Assembly (NCBI GenBank): GCA_043803945.1
Contig: JAZDJN010000018.1
Span: forward strand, 1-64,000
Source of the DNA: a bacterium
GTDB taxonomy: Bacteria > Bacteroidota > Ignavibacteria > UBA10030
DNA length: 64,000 bases
Direction: 5' to 3'
Below the pieces are notes generated by a model that saw only the letters and a list, made by a program, of their open reading frames with translations, made no database searches and was not told the DNA's origin. This document shows positions 38,400 through 49,002 of the stretch, piece by piece. The position numbers and the translations under genes were made by a program. Each line of letters starts with the position of its first letter. Position 1 is the first letter of the stretch.

Positions 38400-39056
38400 T
38401 CAATCACTCGTGTTTCCATTGAACGACCAGTAGGCAACTATATCGCTTGGTGGTGGACATCCGGATCCCCCTGTGCCAGCTCCATACGGTCCTGTTCTAA
38501 CCACAGGAATGTCTGAGAATGGTACATAGGAAACCGGACCGTACATTCTTATTGGAATATCGCTGGTCGGACAGATTCCCCACCAGTTGTTGGGGCAAGA
38601 AACAGTAATTGGATTATTTCCTGCATCCTTTGCGCAATTCCAGGTGTTCCAATTGTTCGAGGTAAAATTATTGTAACTGTATTGATTACCCGATGTGGGC
38701 GGTGTAGTGCTGTAACCGAGATATACCCCCTCTGTAAAGTTCTTTATCTCATTTTTTATGATGGTACCTGGCGCTTGGCTCAATGCAAATATTGCAATGC
38801 TTCCACCATCGATGAGGTTATACTCAATGGAAGGAGATCCATAGGTTAGGATTCCATAACACCCGGAGCGCGGCGTAAGAGTATTATGTTTGACCTGAAT
38901 GTTTGATGCAGATGAATATATTTCGACACAATAATTACAATCATTAATATTATTACCTCCGTTGTTGCCCGAGTTTTGACCTATTGTAGAGATTGCATCT
39001 TCATTTACCGAAACACCTGCGTTCATGCCCGATATGATGTTTGAGAAAACATTCAC
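38400..39056 (-). CDS. Middle fragment of the same large T9SS protein (Asn/Gly/Ser-rich beta-helix-like region).
   Basis: ORF in a different frame. It overlaps the upstream 1092-aa ORF by 4 bp and has no start context of its own. Confidence 0.4.
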   Translation of the reverse strand: MNVFSNIISGMNAGVSVNEDAISTIGQNSGNNGGNNINDCNYCVEIYSSASNIQVKHNTLTPRSGCYGILTYGSPSIEYNLIDGGSIAIFALSQAPGTIIKNEIKNFTEGVYLGYSTTPPTSGNQYSYNNFTSNNWNTWNCAKDAGNNPITVSCPNNWWGICPTSDIPIRMYGPVSYVPFSDIPVVRTGPYGAGTGGSGCPPPSDIVAYWSFNGNTSD

Positions 39057-42000
39057 ATTGGTACCCCCGCCGCGGAGATATATTCCCGATGGTACGTACG
39101 AGTCTTGAGTGACAGAGATTGTATTATTCTGTATAAGGGGGTAGAGATTTGATCACAATAAATTCCCTGCTCGGCAAACTGGGTTATCTGACAGGACTGG
39201 ATTGTTCCACCGGATGGTGTGCCATCATCACTTTTCGACAGGTATATTCCCTTCGTATTACTTTGGAATGAAACACCCGAAATCGATGGTGACGAACCGA
39301 TAACGGTCGCTCCATAAGAACAGCTATTTGAGCACCCACCCTGGATTATCGCATTTGCCCTTTGCACTCTGTACCCTTCATAAGAATTCTGAATGCTATT
39401 CTGCTGCAGAGTAACGTTGTTCGACGTTGTTCCATTGAGGTTTGCAATCGTGATTCCAAAACTTTTATTCGAAGCATCTGAGCCATAACCTGTAAATGTG
39501 TTGCCATTGATTGTTATCGTACTAGAGGCTGAATTATAGATTTGCACACCGTAGCTCCAGGGCGAAGTTGCGAGACTGGTAAATGTGCAATTTGAAACCG
39601 AGATATTACCTGCATTATTTCCGTAGATACCTCGTGCTGCATGAGAGATGTCTGTGTATTGAATGTTGCCCGTACCGCCATTGAGGAAGCAGATAACAGC
39701 TCCTTCGTAGTCGTTTATGCCGGCTCCGGAATTACCGCCGTCGATTGTGATGTGCTGATTTGAAGTCCCTTGGGCAGTGAGGTTACCATTAACACTGAGT
39801 GATGCATTGGAGGAGAAGGCGATATTAGTGCCTGGATTAACCATAAGCGTAATACCGCTATTGACGGTTGCGTCCATTATAATGGAGATCGATCCCGACC
39901 ATACCGTATTCTGATCGACATTGGACCCTGTCGTAAATGACCTGTATGGTGACCACTCGCCCGTTCCAATAGAGTTTGTGGCGTTGACCCTCCAATAGTA
40001 TGTTGTATTCGTAACAAGACCTGGTACAGCAAACGAGGTCGAAGTAAGGCCGCTCTGGTCAAATGGAGTTGATGAAAAAGTGGAGTTTGTTGAAAGTTGT
40101 ATGCGATACGATGTTGCTCCAGGTGAAGCATTCCAGCTTAACGTAGGAGCGGTAGAAACATTTGTTGCACCATTTACAGGGGAAATAAGTGTGGGGGCGG
40201 CGGGAAGAGCAAGTTCAATTTTGTAAAGCCTTCCTTCGCCAGGGTCAAGAGTTGCTACAAAACTTCCGTTGATCGGGATGATCGAATTATTCCCCGAGAG
40301 CAGATCCGTCACCTTCTTGGATTCGGTATTGCCGAGAGAGACAGTCACGATCCGACTCTCCGTGCTCAGTGTCCGGCGATTAACCACAAACAGATATGGA
40401 TCGCCGCCCGCAGTGAAATGCCCCGTCTCCACATATTTTGTTTCGCCAGATATGTTTGTGGTCACGTTATTTACATAGTAAGGCCAGTTTTCAGTTGTGG
40501 AGTTATTGTGCCAGCTCTTAGTGCCAAGCCAGGTAAGGTTTAACAATGTTGGTCCCTGGATGGCGAGCTTTTGATTAAGAGCCTTGACACCTTCCCATTT
40601 GTTATCGCCATACGGATTGGTTTCTCTTTTTGTCCCATCGAGATTTGTCATTCCGATACCACTTATCCGATCAGCCTGTGATTCATATGATCTGTAGAGG
40701 AAGTATTGTATTCCTTTCGCACCATATGCAATAGCCAGGTTTGCCTGAAGATTTATTTCCTGTACTGTAGGTTCCCGCTGATCACCATTCCATATACCGT
40801 TTTCAAAGTTCTTCCAGGAGTGAGCCTGAGCTTGATACCAGAAATTCCTGTTAAGAGCTTTTGAATGCTTGATATTGATTGCGAGTTTATCGATAAGATA
40901 GGTCTGAATCCAATTTTGAATAGTTGAGGTGTATCCCGGTTGATCGGGCAATGGGGACTTCGATGGGTCTGCCTTAAAAGGATAAATATCAGCGGTGTTC
41001 TGCAGGTTATTGGTAATAACGATGTTTCTCTTCACCATTCGATCAGGGATTCCAACGTTCTCATCATAACCAATATTGTAATGGAATCCCCGTTTTTCTG
41101 AGTTTTCAGCGGTGAGCCAAGATCGGATGATATTGTCAACATAACCAACGAGAGGCCAGTGCGGAGGTGTAGGTTCATCGTTGATCTTGAATCGGCTAAG
41201 TTTTGGGTTGCTTTGAAATAGATTGACTTCTTCGCGGATAGCAATATCGTTTGTGCCTATAAATAAACTATTGCTTGTACTATCATCGATTGCAAGATAA
41301 TCAACATAACAGGAGACCAGGCCTGGCCAGTAAAGCTGGTAATCATAAGCTGTATTACTTACTGCAGAGATCACTTCATCGGGCCGACCTGTTGCGTATC
41401 CGATGAGATCACGCGGAGGTATATGGCTGACCTCTATTTCGTTGATGCTTTCGTAAGGTCCTAAAGATTTACCGACAGGCATTTTTCGAAATGAGAGCGA
41501 GGGGATCTCTCTATAATTATAATCGTTGAACTCATCTGCAAAAACAGTGTCGACCATTGTGGTATCAGCCCGTACAGCCTGAATAACAAGTACGGGTGTG
41601 TGATTAAACGATGTACCTGGATTAAGACGCATCCTTACTTTGAGATAATACTTAATTGAATCTGGTTGTTCACTACTAAGTAATAAATTTTTTGCTATGA
41701 AGCCTGCGAGACCGCCTACCGTTTCCCATGCGTTGGGTGCTGAACCATCAAGTTCTACATCAGCATCTTTCTTTGCTGGAGGGGTTTGAATTTGATCAAT
41801 CACACTACTACCTATCCTGCCAGTAAAGTTTGGGTAATGTTGATCATATTCTGGATGATATACCCAGCGATGACCATCTGTGAAGCGTGAGAATCTGTAT
41901 CCGAATATGATCAAATCGACTGGCGAGTTTCCCAAAGCGGTTGTTACCGAGTTGTAATAATCCTGTATGTTCACTCTCTCGGGCAAAGCAATCATTCCAC

Positions 42001-42202
42001 AGTTAACTCCGAGCGAAGCAAGCATGTTCCACTCCGCCTGAGTTGGAATGATGTTAGTGTATGGCTCTCTGGGTGGTTTTGTTATCCAATCAACACCAAT
42101 AATAAATTTAGATTGGGTTTGGGTCTGCGCTTCTACACTTGTATTCGCAAGAGGAAGGAGGAGTAGAAGCAAGATCGAGTGTATGTATATGTTCCGTTTC
42201 AT
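39053..42202 (-). CDS. N-terminal ~1050-aa part of a large secreted protein. It has a signal peptide, a glycoside-hydrolase-like (GHL10-like) N-terminal region, an FN3-like domain and right-handed beta-helix repeats.
   Basis: ATG at 42202 followed by a signal peptide (ILLLLLLPLANTSVEA). The FN3-like segment is SPVNGATNVS…YYWRV and the pectate-lyase-like repeats include NCTFTS…NGNTFTG. The protein ends without a T9SS tail, which is found in the downstream fragments. Confidence 0.55.
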   Translation of the reverse strand: MKRNIYIHSILLLLLLPLANTSVEAQTQTQSKFIIGVDWITKPPREPYTNIIPTQAEWNMLASLGVNCGMIALPERVNIQDYYNSVTTALGNSPVDLIIFGYRFSRFTDGHRWVYHPEYDQHYPNFTGRIGSSVIDQIQTPPAKKDADVELDGSAPNAWETVGGLAGFIAKNLLLSSEQPDSIKYYLKVRMRLNPGTSFNHTPVLVIQAVRADTTMVDTVFADEFNDYNYREIPSLSFRKMPVGKSLGPYESINEIEVSHIPPRDLIGYATGRPDEVISAVSNTAYDYQLYWPGLVSCYVDYLAIDDSTSNSLFIGTNDIAIREEVNLFQSNPKLSRFKINDEPTPPHWPLVGYVDNIIRSWLTAENSEKRGFHYNIGYDENVGIPDRMVKRNIVITNNLQNTADIYPFKADPSKSPLPDQPGYTSTIQNWIQTYLIDKLAINIKHSKALNRNFWYQAQAHSWKNFENGIWNGDQREPTVQEINLQANLAIAYGAKGIQYFLYRSYESQADRISGIGMTNLDGTKRETNPYGDNKWEGVKALNQKLAIQGPTLLNLTWLGTKSWHNNSTTENWPYYVNNVTTNISGETKYVETGHFTAGGDPYLFVVNRRTLSTESRIVTVSLGNTESKKVTDLLSGNNSIIPINGSFVATLDPGEGRLYKIELALPAAPTLISPVNGATNVSTAPTLSWNASPGATSYRIQLSTNSTFSSTPFDQSGLTSTSFAVPGLVTNTTYYWRVNATNSIGTGEWSPYRSFTTGSNVDQNTVWSGSISIIMDATVNSGITLMVNPGTNIAFSSNASLSVNGNLTAQGTSNQHITIDGGNSGAGINDYEGAVICFLNGGTGNIQYTDISHAARGIYGNNAGNISVSNCTFTSLATSPWSYGVQIYNSASSTITINGNTFTGYGSDASNKSFGITIANLNGTTSNNVTLQQNSIQNSYEGYRVQRANAIIQGGCSNSCSYGATVIGSSPSISGVSFQSNTKGIYLSKSDDGTPSGGTIQSCQITQFAEQGIYCDQISTPLYRIIQSLSLKTRTYHREYISAAGVPM

Positions 42203-42422
42203 TGTATTTCTCCCTTGATAAATCGTACGTAAAAAGGTATTATAAAAACGGAAAGCCCTCGCGGATGTCTTAACATCCGGGAAGATGCATTTCTTCTCCA
42301 TTTGTCTGGCGGACAAGCAAGCAGGAATCATTTTTCACTCCGATCATCGATCGGAGTCGAGGGCTATGCTTTATTAAATGATATTCAGCTCATATGAATC
42401 ACCTCCTTGCCTTAACTCTCAT

Positions 42423-43337
42423 TCATTTCAACAACATTGTCTTTCTTGAAGCAATGGTTTTCGAATCAATAATCAACTTATAGAAATAGACACCTGATGA
42501 CAACATTACCCCTCTTTGATCTTTTCCATCCCAAGTTATTTTATAATGTCCTTCCCCCTGCACCTTATTGACAAGCTTTCGAACTTCCTTACCAAGAGAA
42601 TCATAGATGATTAGTACGACATAAGTTTGTTTGGAAAGAGAATATTCAATTGTTGTTGATGGATTGAATGGGTTTGGGTAATTTTGCTTAAGTGAATAGT
42701 ACGAGGGTTTTTCTGTTTCTTCTCTGATACCGGAAAATGACTTATCACCACTTAGAACAATAAAATATCCTCTCGATAATGCATAGGTTAATTCTCCTAA
42801 TGCAAGGTCATCGAGGCCATCCCCGTTAACATCACCTACTCCACTTACCTCTAAAAGGCTTTGTCCCATCAGTCGAACTGCGATGGGTCTTGTCGGCTGA
42901 TTTGATTTAGCAATATAAATAAGCACGCCAGGTGATCCATATGATCCCGTATAAATAAAATAATCTTCAATTCTATCGCCATTAAAATCACCAATATTAC
43001 TAGCTAATGAACCCAATCCTTGGAAAAACGTCGTATCGGGATTTGGATATATAATATCAGGGGTCCATCTTATAGAATCCCTTCTACCAAGGAATAGATA
43101 TCCAACTTGTCTACCTGGAGTACCACAATAGAGATCCTTAATTATATCACCATTAACATCAACAAAATTAAACGAATAAAGATATGTTAGACCGTTAATA
43201 AGACGTGAGTCAAGCTGCTGATTGAAGGCTGTTTTTTTGTAAGTCCATCCATTTTTACCATAAAAGATATCTAATAATGCAAATCCTCTACGATCATTAG
43301 TACTAATACCAAGGTCGACAATTCCATCGCCGTTCAC
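42423..43337 (-). pseudogene. FG-GAP/VCBS-repeat protein with a T9SS C-terminal sorting domain. It is N-terminally truncated (no signal peptide) by the IS insertion at 43418-44600.
   Basis: DxNGDGxxD repeats are present and the C-terminal T9SS sorting motif reads QNYPNPFNPSTTIEYSL. The ORF begins abruptly next to the IS inverted repeat. Confidence 0.55.
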
Positions 43338-43417
43338 ATCTGCAATTTGGACAGAAAAACCATAAAATGAACCGATTGTATCCCCGACAGCAGTGAAGTT
43401 AGGAATATTACTTAGTG

Positions 43418-44600
43418 TGTGATGTTACGCAAAATTGAAATAATCGTATATTTGAACACAGCCCAAAGAGTGAAACTATGTAACTGGTGAAATTAATCGA
43501 AGGATAGCCCATGGACAAGAAACTCCTTCAATTATATGTTGATGGTCTTCTGAGTACTTTTTCCCGTTCAACGGCGACATCGTTTTCAGCACTCGTTGAG
43601 CGAGAATACAGCCATGACGCTATCACTCGATTTTTATCGAGCGATGATTTCACCGCTCGCGATCTTTGGTATCAGGTAAAATCCATTGTACGGTCAATCG
43701 AAAGTCCGTACGGTGTTTTAATTGTTGATGATAGTATCTCCCACAAACCATACATGGACGAAAATGAAATTGTGGGATGGTATTATGATCATACAAGTGG
43801 TAAAAGTATCAAGGGTGTTAATATCGTTTCTGTTATGTATCACAGCCAAGGTCTTTCCATCCCGGTGTCGTTCACGATCGTGAAAAAATCAAAAATGATC
43901 GTTGATTCGAAAACCGGTAAAGAAAAACGTGTGAGCGTCGAAACCAAGAATGAACATTTTCGAACAATGCTTGCTCAGTGTAGGAAAAATATGCGATTTC
44001 GTTATGTATTAAGCGATGTTTGGTACGCATCAGTCGAAAATATGAAATACATTAAAAATATTTTGCACCGAGATTTTGTGATGCCGTTGAAAACAAATCG
44101 CAAAGTCGCATTATCTGCGGCAGAGAAACGCGCTGGTAACTATGTAACAGTCGAGACACTACTACCCAAAGAAAATGAACACATCACAGTATATCTTGAA
44201 GGGCTGACCTTTCCGGTCTCGCTTATTCGACACGTCTATAAAAACAAAGACGGCTCAGTGGGTGTGTTGTACCTTTGTTGTAGTGATAGAACACTTACAT
44301 ATCAGCATATCATCGACCTCTATCAAAAACGATGGAAGATCGAAGAGTACCATAAAGCACTAAAACAACAATGTGCGTTGTCTGTATCACCTGCTCATAC
44401 GGTGAGGACACAATCGTCACATATATTTTGTTCTCTCTGTGCATTTGTAAAACTTGAACTGATGCACAGAATAACCGCGGTCTCATATGAAGGGTTAAAA
44501 CTCAATCTGCATTTACATGCACTGAAAACCGCATTCAAGCATTTGAGATCTCTTCAACCGATCGATTGGACCGCAAAACCTATTTTTGCGTAACATCAGA
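43418..44600 (+). mobile_element. Insertion sequence (~1.18 kb) with 15-bp terminal inverted repeats TGATGTTACGCAAAA, encoding a DDE transposase of the IS4/IS5-like (DDE_Tnp_1) superfamily.
   Basis: The inverted repeats were read at 43420-43434 and 44584-44598 (reverse complement). The single ORF fills the element. Confidence 0.7.
43511..44593 (+). CDS. DDE transposase (IS4/IS5-like superfamily). The C-terminal YQKRWKIEEYHKALKQ motif is typical of this superfamily.
   Basis: 360 aa. The YxxRWxIE…K signature surrounding the catalytic E was read directly. Confidence 0.7.
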   Translation: MDKKLLQLYVDGLLSTFSRSTATSFSALVEREYSHDAITRFLSSDDFTARDLWYQVKSIVRSIESPYGVLIVDDSISHKPYMDENEIVGWYYDHTSGKSIKGVNIVSVMYHSQGLSIPVSFTIVKKSKMIVDSKTGKEKRVSVETKNEHFRTMLAQCRKNMRFRYVLSDVWYASVENMKYIKNILHRDFVMPLKTNRKVALSAAEKRAGNYVTVETLLPKENEHITVYLEGLTFPVSLIRHVYKNKDGSVGVLYLCCSDRTLTYQHIIDLYQKRWKIEEYHKALKQQCALSVSPAHTVRTQSSHIFCSLCAFVKLELMHRITAVSYEGLKLNLHLHALKTAFKHLRSLQPIDWTAKPIFA

Positions 44601-44734
44601 TCATAAAATAAAAAAGAGGCTGACTAAAAAGAATACTTACGGTCTGTCATTCCGGCAATCTTTTAGCCGGAATCCAGAAAAATGCTTAACTAAGGCACTG
44701 GACACCGGATTAAGGCCCGACTTCGTCGAGGTCT

Positions 44735-44757
44735 CGTCTCGATCATTGATCGAGACG
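44735..44757. repeat. Perfect 23-bp palindrome cgtctcgatca-t-tgatcgagacg, between the IS right end and the 3' end of the CoA-binding/gcvP operon.
   Basis: Direct reading. It could be a terminator stem or a protein-binding site. Confidence 0.6.
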
Positions 44758-44814
44758 GACATTCTGGTGTGACACATCATTTCTTTTTGGACAGCCCCTT
44801 CAGGGTTTATTACG

Positions 44815-45225
44815 TTACCGAATCAACCGTCGATGCTCAACGGCAATACAGAGATTCATAACGACATTCAGGCCGGCTTCTTCCGCTTTCTTCGCAGCTT
44901 CATGATTGACAACCTCCAACTGCATCCAGATCGTCTTCGCACCGATTTTGATCGCCTCTTCAACAATCGGCATCACCTCTTCCGAACGGCGGAAGATATC
45001 GACGAGATCAACCTGCTCAGGGATCGATCGGAGATCGGGATAGCAGCGCGCACCATTGACCTCATCGTAATTCGGATTAACGGGAAATATAGTATATCCC
45101 CGTGCCTGGAGGTGACTGGCAATTGCACCGCTGTCACGCCACGGCTTGGGCGAGACACCAACAATGGCTATTGTCTTTGTTTGCAGCAGTATCTCTTTCA
45201 GCGTTTCTTTATCATCAATCGGCAT
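44815..45225 (-). CDS. CoA-binding domain protein (YccU/YneT family).
   Basis: 136 aa. IAIVGVSPKPWRDSGAIASHLQARGYTIFPVNP matches the CoA_binding_2 family. Confidence 0.8.
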   Translation of the reverse strand: MPIDDKETLKEILLQTKTIAIVGVSPKPWRDSGAIASHLQARGYTIFPVNPNYDEVNGARCYPDLRSIPEQVDLVDIFRRSEEVMPIVEEAIKIGAKTIWMQLEVVNHEAAKKAEEAGLNVVMNLCIAVEHRRLIR

Positions 45226-45248
45226 TTGAATGCAGCCCTATTCGTCTG

Positions 45249-48143
45249 TTATCGATATTCTTCGATGGGCGGACATAAACACACCACATTCCGATCACCA
45301 TACGTATTATTGATCCGGCTGGAGGGCGGCCAGAATTTCCGCTTTTTCAATCCGGGTACAGGAAACACTGCTTTTATGCGTGTGTACTTATGTGTCCAAT
45401 CGTCGCGCATGGCCTCCAAGGCAGTGTGCGGAGCATTTTTCAACACGTTATCAGTCTTATCTGCTTTGCCATCGATGATCTCCTGAATCTCCGATCGAAT
45501 TTCAGCAAGAGCCTCAATGAATCGATCCAGCTCATATTTCGATTCGCTCTCTGTCGGTTCAATCATTAACGTACCCGGAACAGGGAACGAAACTGTCGGT
45601 GCATGGAAAGCATAATCCATCAACCGTTTCGCAATATCCTCCACCTCAATATTCGCATCGTTCTTAAATCCTTTGGTATTGAGAATGAATTCATGAGCCA
45701 CTCTGCCATTCTTTCCCTGATACAGTACCGGATAGTATTTTTCCAGTTTCGACTTCAGGTAGTTCGCATTGAGAATGGCATACTTCGTCGCATTCGTCAA
45801 TCCTTCAGCACCAAGCATACGGATGTACGCGTAGGAGATCAGAGTAATATTGGCACTTGACCAAGGTGCCGATGCAACGGCATCAATGGCTTTCTCGCCG
45901 CCGGTTTTTACCACCGGATGTCCTGGCAAGTACGGCGCAAGCTGTGATGTCACGCAGATGGGCCCCATTCCAGGACCGCCGCCGCCATGCGGAATGGCAA
46001 ACGTTTTATGCAGGTTGATATGACAGACATCCGCACCTATCTCTGCGGGGCTGGTGAGCCCGACCTGGGCATTCATATTCGCACCATCCATGTAGACGAG
46101 TCCGCCATTGTCATGGATAATCTTACAAAGCTCTTTAATCTGTTCCTCAAATACACCATGCGTAGAAGGATAGGTCACGATTAATGCAGCGAGTGTCTCC
46201 TTGTTCGCTTCTGCCTTTGCTTTCAGATCCGTGAGATCTATATTTCCCATTTCGTCACAATTCACCACGATGACTTTGAATCCCGCCATCACAGCACTGG
46301 CTGGATTTGTCCCATGCGCAGATGAGGGAATGAGTGCCACGGTTCGCTTGCTGTCCCCCCGATCATGATGAAAGGCGCGAATGACCATCAATCCGGTGAA
46401 TTCTCCCTGTGCTCCGGAATTTGGCTGCAGCGACGCGGCGGCAAATCCGGTAATTTCACACAAGGCCAATTCCATCTCCGAAAAGATCTGGAGATACCCT
46501 TCGGCCTGATCCAACGGAACAAAGGGATGGATCCGGGCAAATTCGGGCCAGCTGACCGGAAGAAGTTCTGTGGCCGCATTCATTTTCATGGTACAGGATC
46601 CAAGAGGAATCATCGATTGCGTCAGAGAAAGATCCCGCGCCTCCAGTGACTTGATGTACCTCATCATTTCCATTTCGGAGTGATACTGTGAAAAGACAGG
46701 ATGCTGCAAGTAGGCGCTTGTTCGTGTAAAGAATGGCGGCAGGGTAAGATTCCACTCCTTGTACTGAACGGCAAGGTCAACCGTTTTCGCGGTCATCCCC
46801 TTTGCCTGAGCGAAGATATTCAGCAGAGCAGCGACATCTTCGAGTTGGGTTGTTTCATCGAGAGAGATGCCGATAGAGTGGTCGTTGATCTTCCGCAAAT
46901 TATAACCAGCCGTAACAGCAAGCTGCAAAATTGTTGCGGTGGATTCTTTTCCGTCGGTGGTGAGTTTCAAAGTATCAAAATACACTTCATTTGTCTGAGT
47001 ATAACCGAGCGTTTTCAATTCGGCGTTCAGCACGGTTGTAAGAAAATGCACCCGTGTTGCAATGTTCTTAATACCCTCGGGGCCATGATACACAGCATAC
47101 ATTCCCGCCATGATGGCGAGCAGTGCCTGGGCTGTGCAAATATTCGACGTTGCTTTCTCTCTCCGTATATGCTGTTCACGGGTTTGCAATGTCATCCTGT
47201 AAGCCCTGTTGTTCTGTGCATCAATTGAGACACCGATAATTCTTCCGGGGAGGGAGCGAATGTATTCATTCCTGGTTGCAAAGAATCCGGCATGCGGTCC
47301 GCCAAATCCCATCGGCACTCCGAAGCGCTGCGAATTCCCAACAACGATATCGGCACCGAACTCTCCAGGGGGAGTCAATAGTGCCAGACTGAGCAGATCG
47401 GAAGCGACCACCACCAATCCGCCGGACTTGTGGACGTGTTCGATGAACGTTCGATAATCCAGAACAGAACCATCCTCCGCAGGGTACTGGATGTGCGCGC
47501 CAAAAAAAGTTGAATCGATCTTCACCGTGCGGTAATCTCCGACAACGATTTCAATTCCCACGGCAGAGGCGCGGGTTTTCATAACGGAAAGAGTTTGGAC
47601 GAAGACCGTGTTGGAAACAAAGAACTTGATTGAGGGGTGATCGGAACCGGCTTTATTAACGAGCCCGTAAACCATCGTCATTGCCTCAGCGGCGGCAGTA
47701 CCTTCATCCAGAAGCGAGGCATTAGCCACCGGCAAGCCGGTCATGTTTGCAACCATCGTCTGATAATTCAGCAACGCTTCCAGGCGCCCCTGTGAAATTT
47801 CTGCCTGATAGGGTGTGTACTGTGTATACCATCCTGGATTCTCAAATATATTTCGCTGAATGACCGTTGGGAGAATGCAATTGAAATATCCCTGACCAAG
47901 GTAAGAATTCATGACTTTATTCTTTTTTGCCATCTCCCGGAGCAGCGTGAGAACCCGATACTCGCTAATTGGTGCAGGAAGATTGTAGCGCCTGGTGGAT
48001 CGTATGGATTGCGGTACTGTCTCGTCGATCAGTTGATCGAGAGAACTGACACCGATGACTTCCAGCATTGCGCTCAGATCATCCGGACCGGGTCCGATGT
48101 GGCGCCGCTGAAAATTGTTTTCTTGGAAAATTGATGTATTCAT
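45249..48143 (-). CDS. gcvP: Glycine dehydrogenase (decarboxylating), the glycine cleavage system P protein.
   Basis: 964 aa with full-length similarity to single-chain GcvP. The N-terminal motif RHIGP is present, as is the PLP-lysine region. Confidence 0.95.
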   Translation of the reverse strand: MNTSIFQENNFQRRHIGPGPDDLSAMLEVIGVSSLDQLIDETVPQSIRSTRRYNLPAPISEYRVLTLLREMAKKNKVMNSYLGQGYFNCILPTVIQRNIFENPGWYTQYTPYQAEISQGRLEALLNYQTMVANMTGLPVANASLLDEGTAAAEAMTMVYGLVNKAGSDHPSIKFFVSNTVFVQTLSVMKTRASAVGIEIVVGDYRTVKIDSTFFGAHIQYPAEDGSVLDYRTFIEHVHKSGGLVVVASDLLSLALLTPPGEFGADIVVGNSQRFGVPMGFGGPHAGFFATRNEYIRSLPGRIIGVSIDAQNNRAYRMTLQTREQHIRREKATSNICTAQALLAIMAGMYAVYHGPEGIKNIATRVHFLTTVLNAELKTLGYTQTNEVYFDTLKLTTDGKESTATILQLAVTAGYNLRKINDHSIGISLDETTQLEDVAALLNIFAQAKGMTAKTVDLAVQYKEWNLTLPPFFTRTSAYLQHPVFSQYHSEMEMMRYIKSLEARDLSLTQSMIPLGSCTMKMNAATELLPVSWPEFARIHPFVPLDQAEGYLQIFSEMELALCEITGFAAASLQPNSGAQGEFTGLMVIRAFHHDRGDSKRTVALIPSSAHGTNPASAVMAGFKVIVVNCDEMGNIDLTDLKAKAEANKETLAALIVTYPSTHGVFEEQIKELCKIIHDNGGLVYMDGANMNAQVGLTSPAEIGADVCHINLHKTFAIPHGGGGPGMGPICVTSQLAPYLPGHPVVKTGGEKAIDAVASAPWSSANITLISYAYIRMLGAEGLTNATKYAILNANYLKSKLEKYYPVLYQGKNGRVAHEFILNTKGFKNDANIEVEDIAKRLMDYAFHAPTVSFPVPGTLMIEPTESESKYELDRFIEALAEIRSEIQEIIDGKADKTDNVLKNAPHTALEAMRDDWTHKYTRIKAVFPVPGLKKRKFWPPSSRINNTYGDRNVVCLCPPIEEYR

Positions 48144-48160
48144 GATGGTTGAGGTATTTG

Positions 48161-48967
48161 CTATGGGGTGGAGTGATTGTTGATTTTATCCAAAGCCTGG
48201 GCTGCGGCTGCCTGTTCAGCATCTTTTTTGCTGCGTCCGGTGCCGGTGCCAAGACTATCTGTTCCGATAAACACTTCGACGGTAAATCGCCGGTCATGGT
48301 CTGGTCCCTCTTCGCGCAGAACCGTGTACCGTGGAATCCCGAGCGTATGGGCCTGAGCATATTCCAGCAATGTGCTCTTATAGTTGTCGTCAAGAAGAGC
48401 CACTGCCATGGTACTCTGATTGGAGAGGATGGTCCGGTTCACAAAACTCTGTGCACGTTCCATACCTCCATCGACGCAGATGGCACCGATGGTCGCTTCA
48501 TAAGCATCTGCGAGAATTGATTCCGAGCCGCCTTCGATCGACTGCAGTGCACTCGAACTCAGCAGAAGAAATTCATGGAGCTGTAATTCCCGTGCACGCT
48601 GTGCGAGGACCCTTCGGTTCACGAGCCGGGATCGAATTTTTGTCATCTCGCCCTCTTCACGAACAGGGAGGAGAGAGTAGACATATTCAGCAACAAGAAA
48701 ATTGAGTACGGCATCACCGAGGTATTCCAATCGTTCATTGGAACGCCAGTCGCCGGTTATATACTGGAGGTACGATCGATGAATCAGCGATTCGATGAAG
48801 AGTTTCCAATCTTTCGGTTGATAGCCGATGGTACGTTGATAACGGTAAAAGTCGAAGGGCTTTGCCTGAGCAGCAATAACGGCCAGCACTTCCGCCGATG
48901 GTGGGTGGAAGTTTTTTCTCGGCGAGAAAAAACGCTCTATAATGTTATTGAGGATCTCGGCGAACAC
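48161..48967 (-). CDS. rnc: Ribonuclease III.
   Basis: The signature [20 protein letters not shown] is present, with a C-terminal dsRBD. Confidence 0.9.
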   Translation of the reverse strand: MFAEILNNIIERFFSPRKNFHPPSAEVLAVIAAQAKPFDFYRYQRTIGYQPKDWKLFIESLIHRSYLQYITGDWRSNERLEYLGDAVLNFLVAEYVYSLLPVREEGEMTKIRSRLVNRRVLAQRARELQLHEFLLLSSSALQSIEGGSESILADAYEATIGAICVDGGMERAQSFVNRTILSNQSTMAVALLDDNYKSTLLEYAQAHTLGIPRYTVLREEGPDHDRRFTVEVFIGTDSLGTGTGRSKKDAEQAAAAQALDKINNHSTP

Positions 48968-49002
48968 ACCAGCCTCGTTACCCTACAACCACAACGCGAC
49001 GT

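Noticed and set aside
37704-38516. 270-aa plus-strand ORF
   Set aside because: It is antisense to the LamG/T9SS-tail fragment and the frame-break region of the large surface-protein gene. Its composition is not protein-like.
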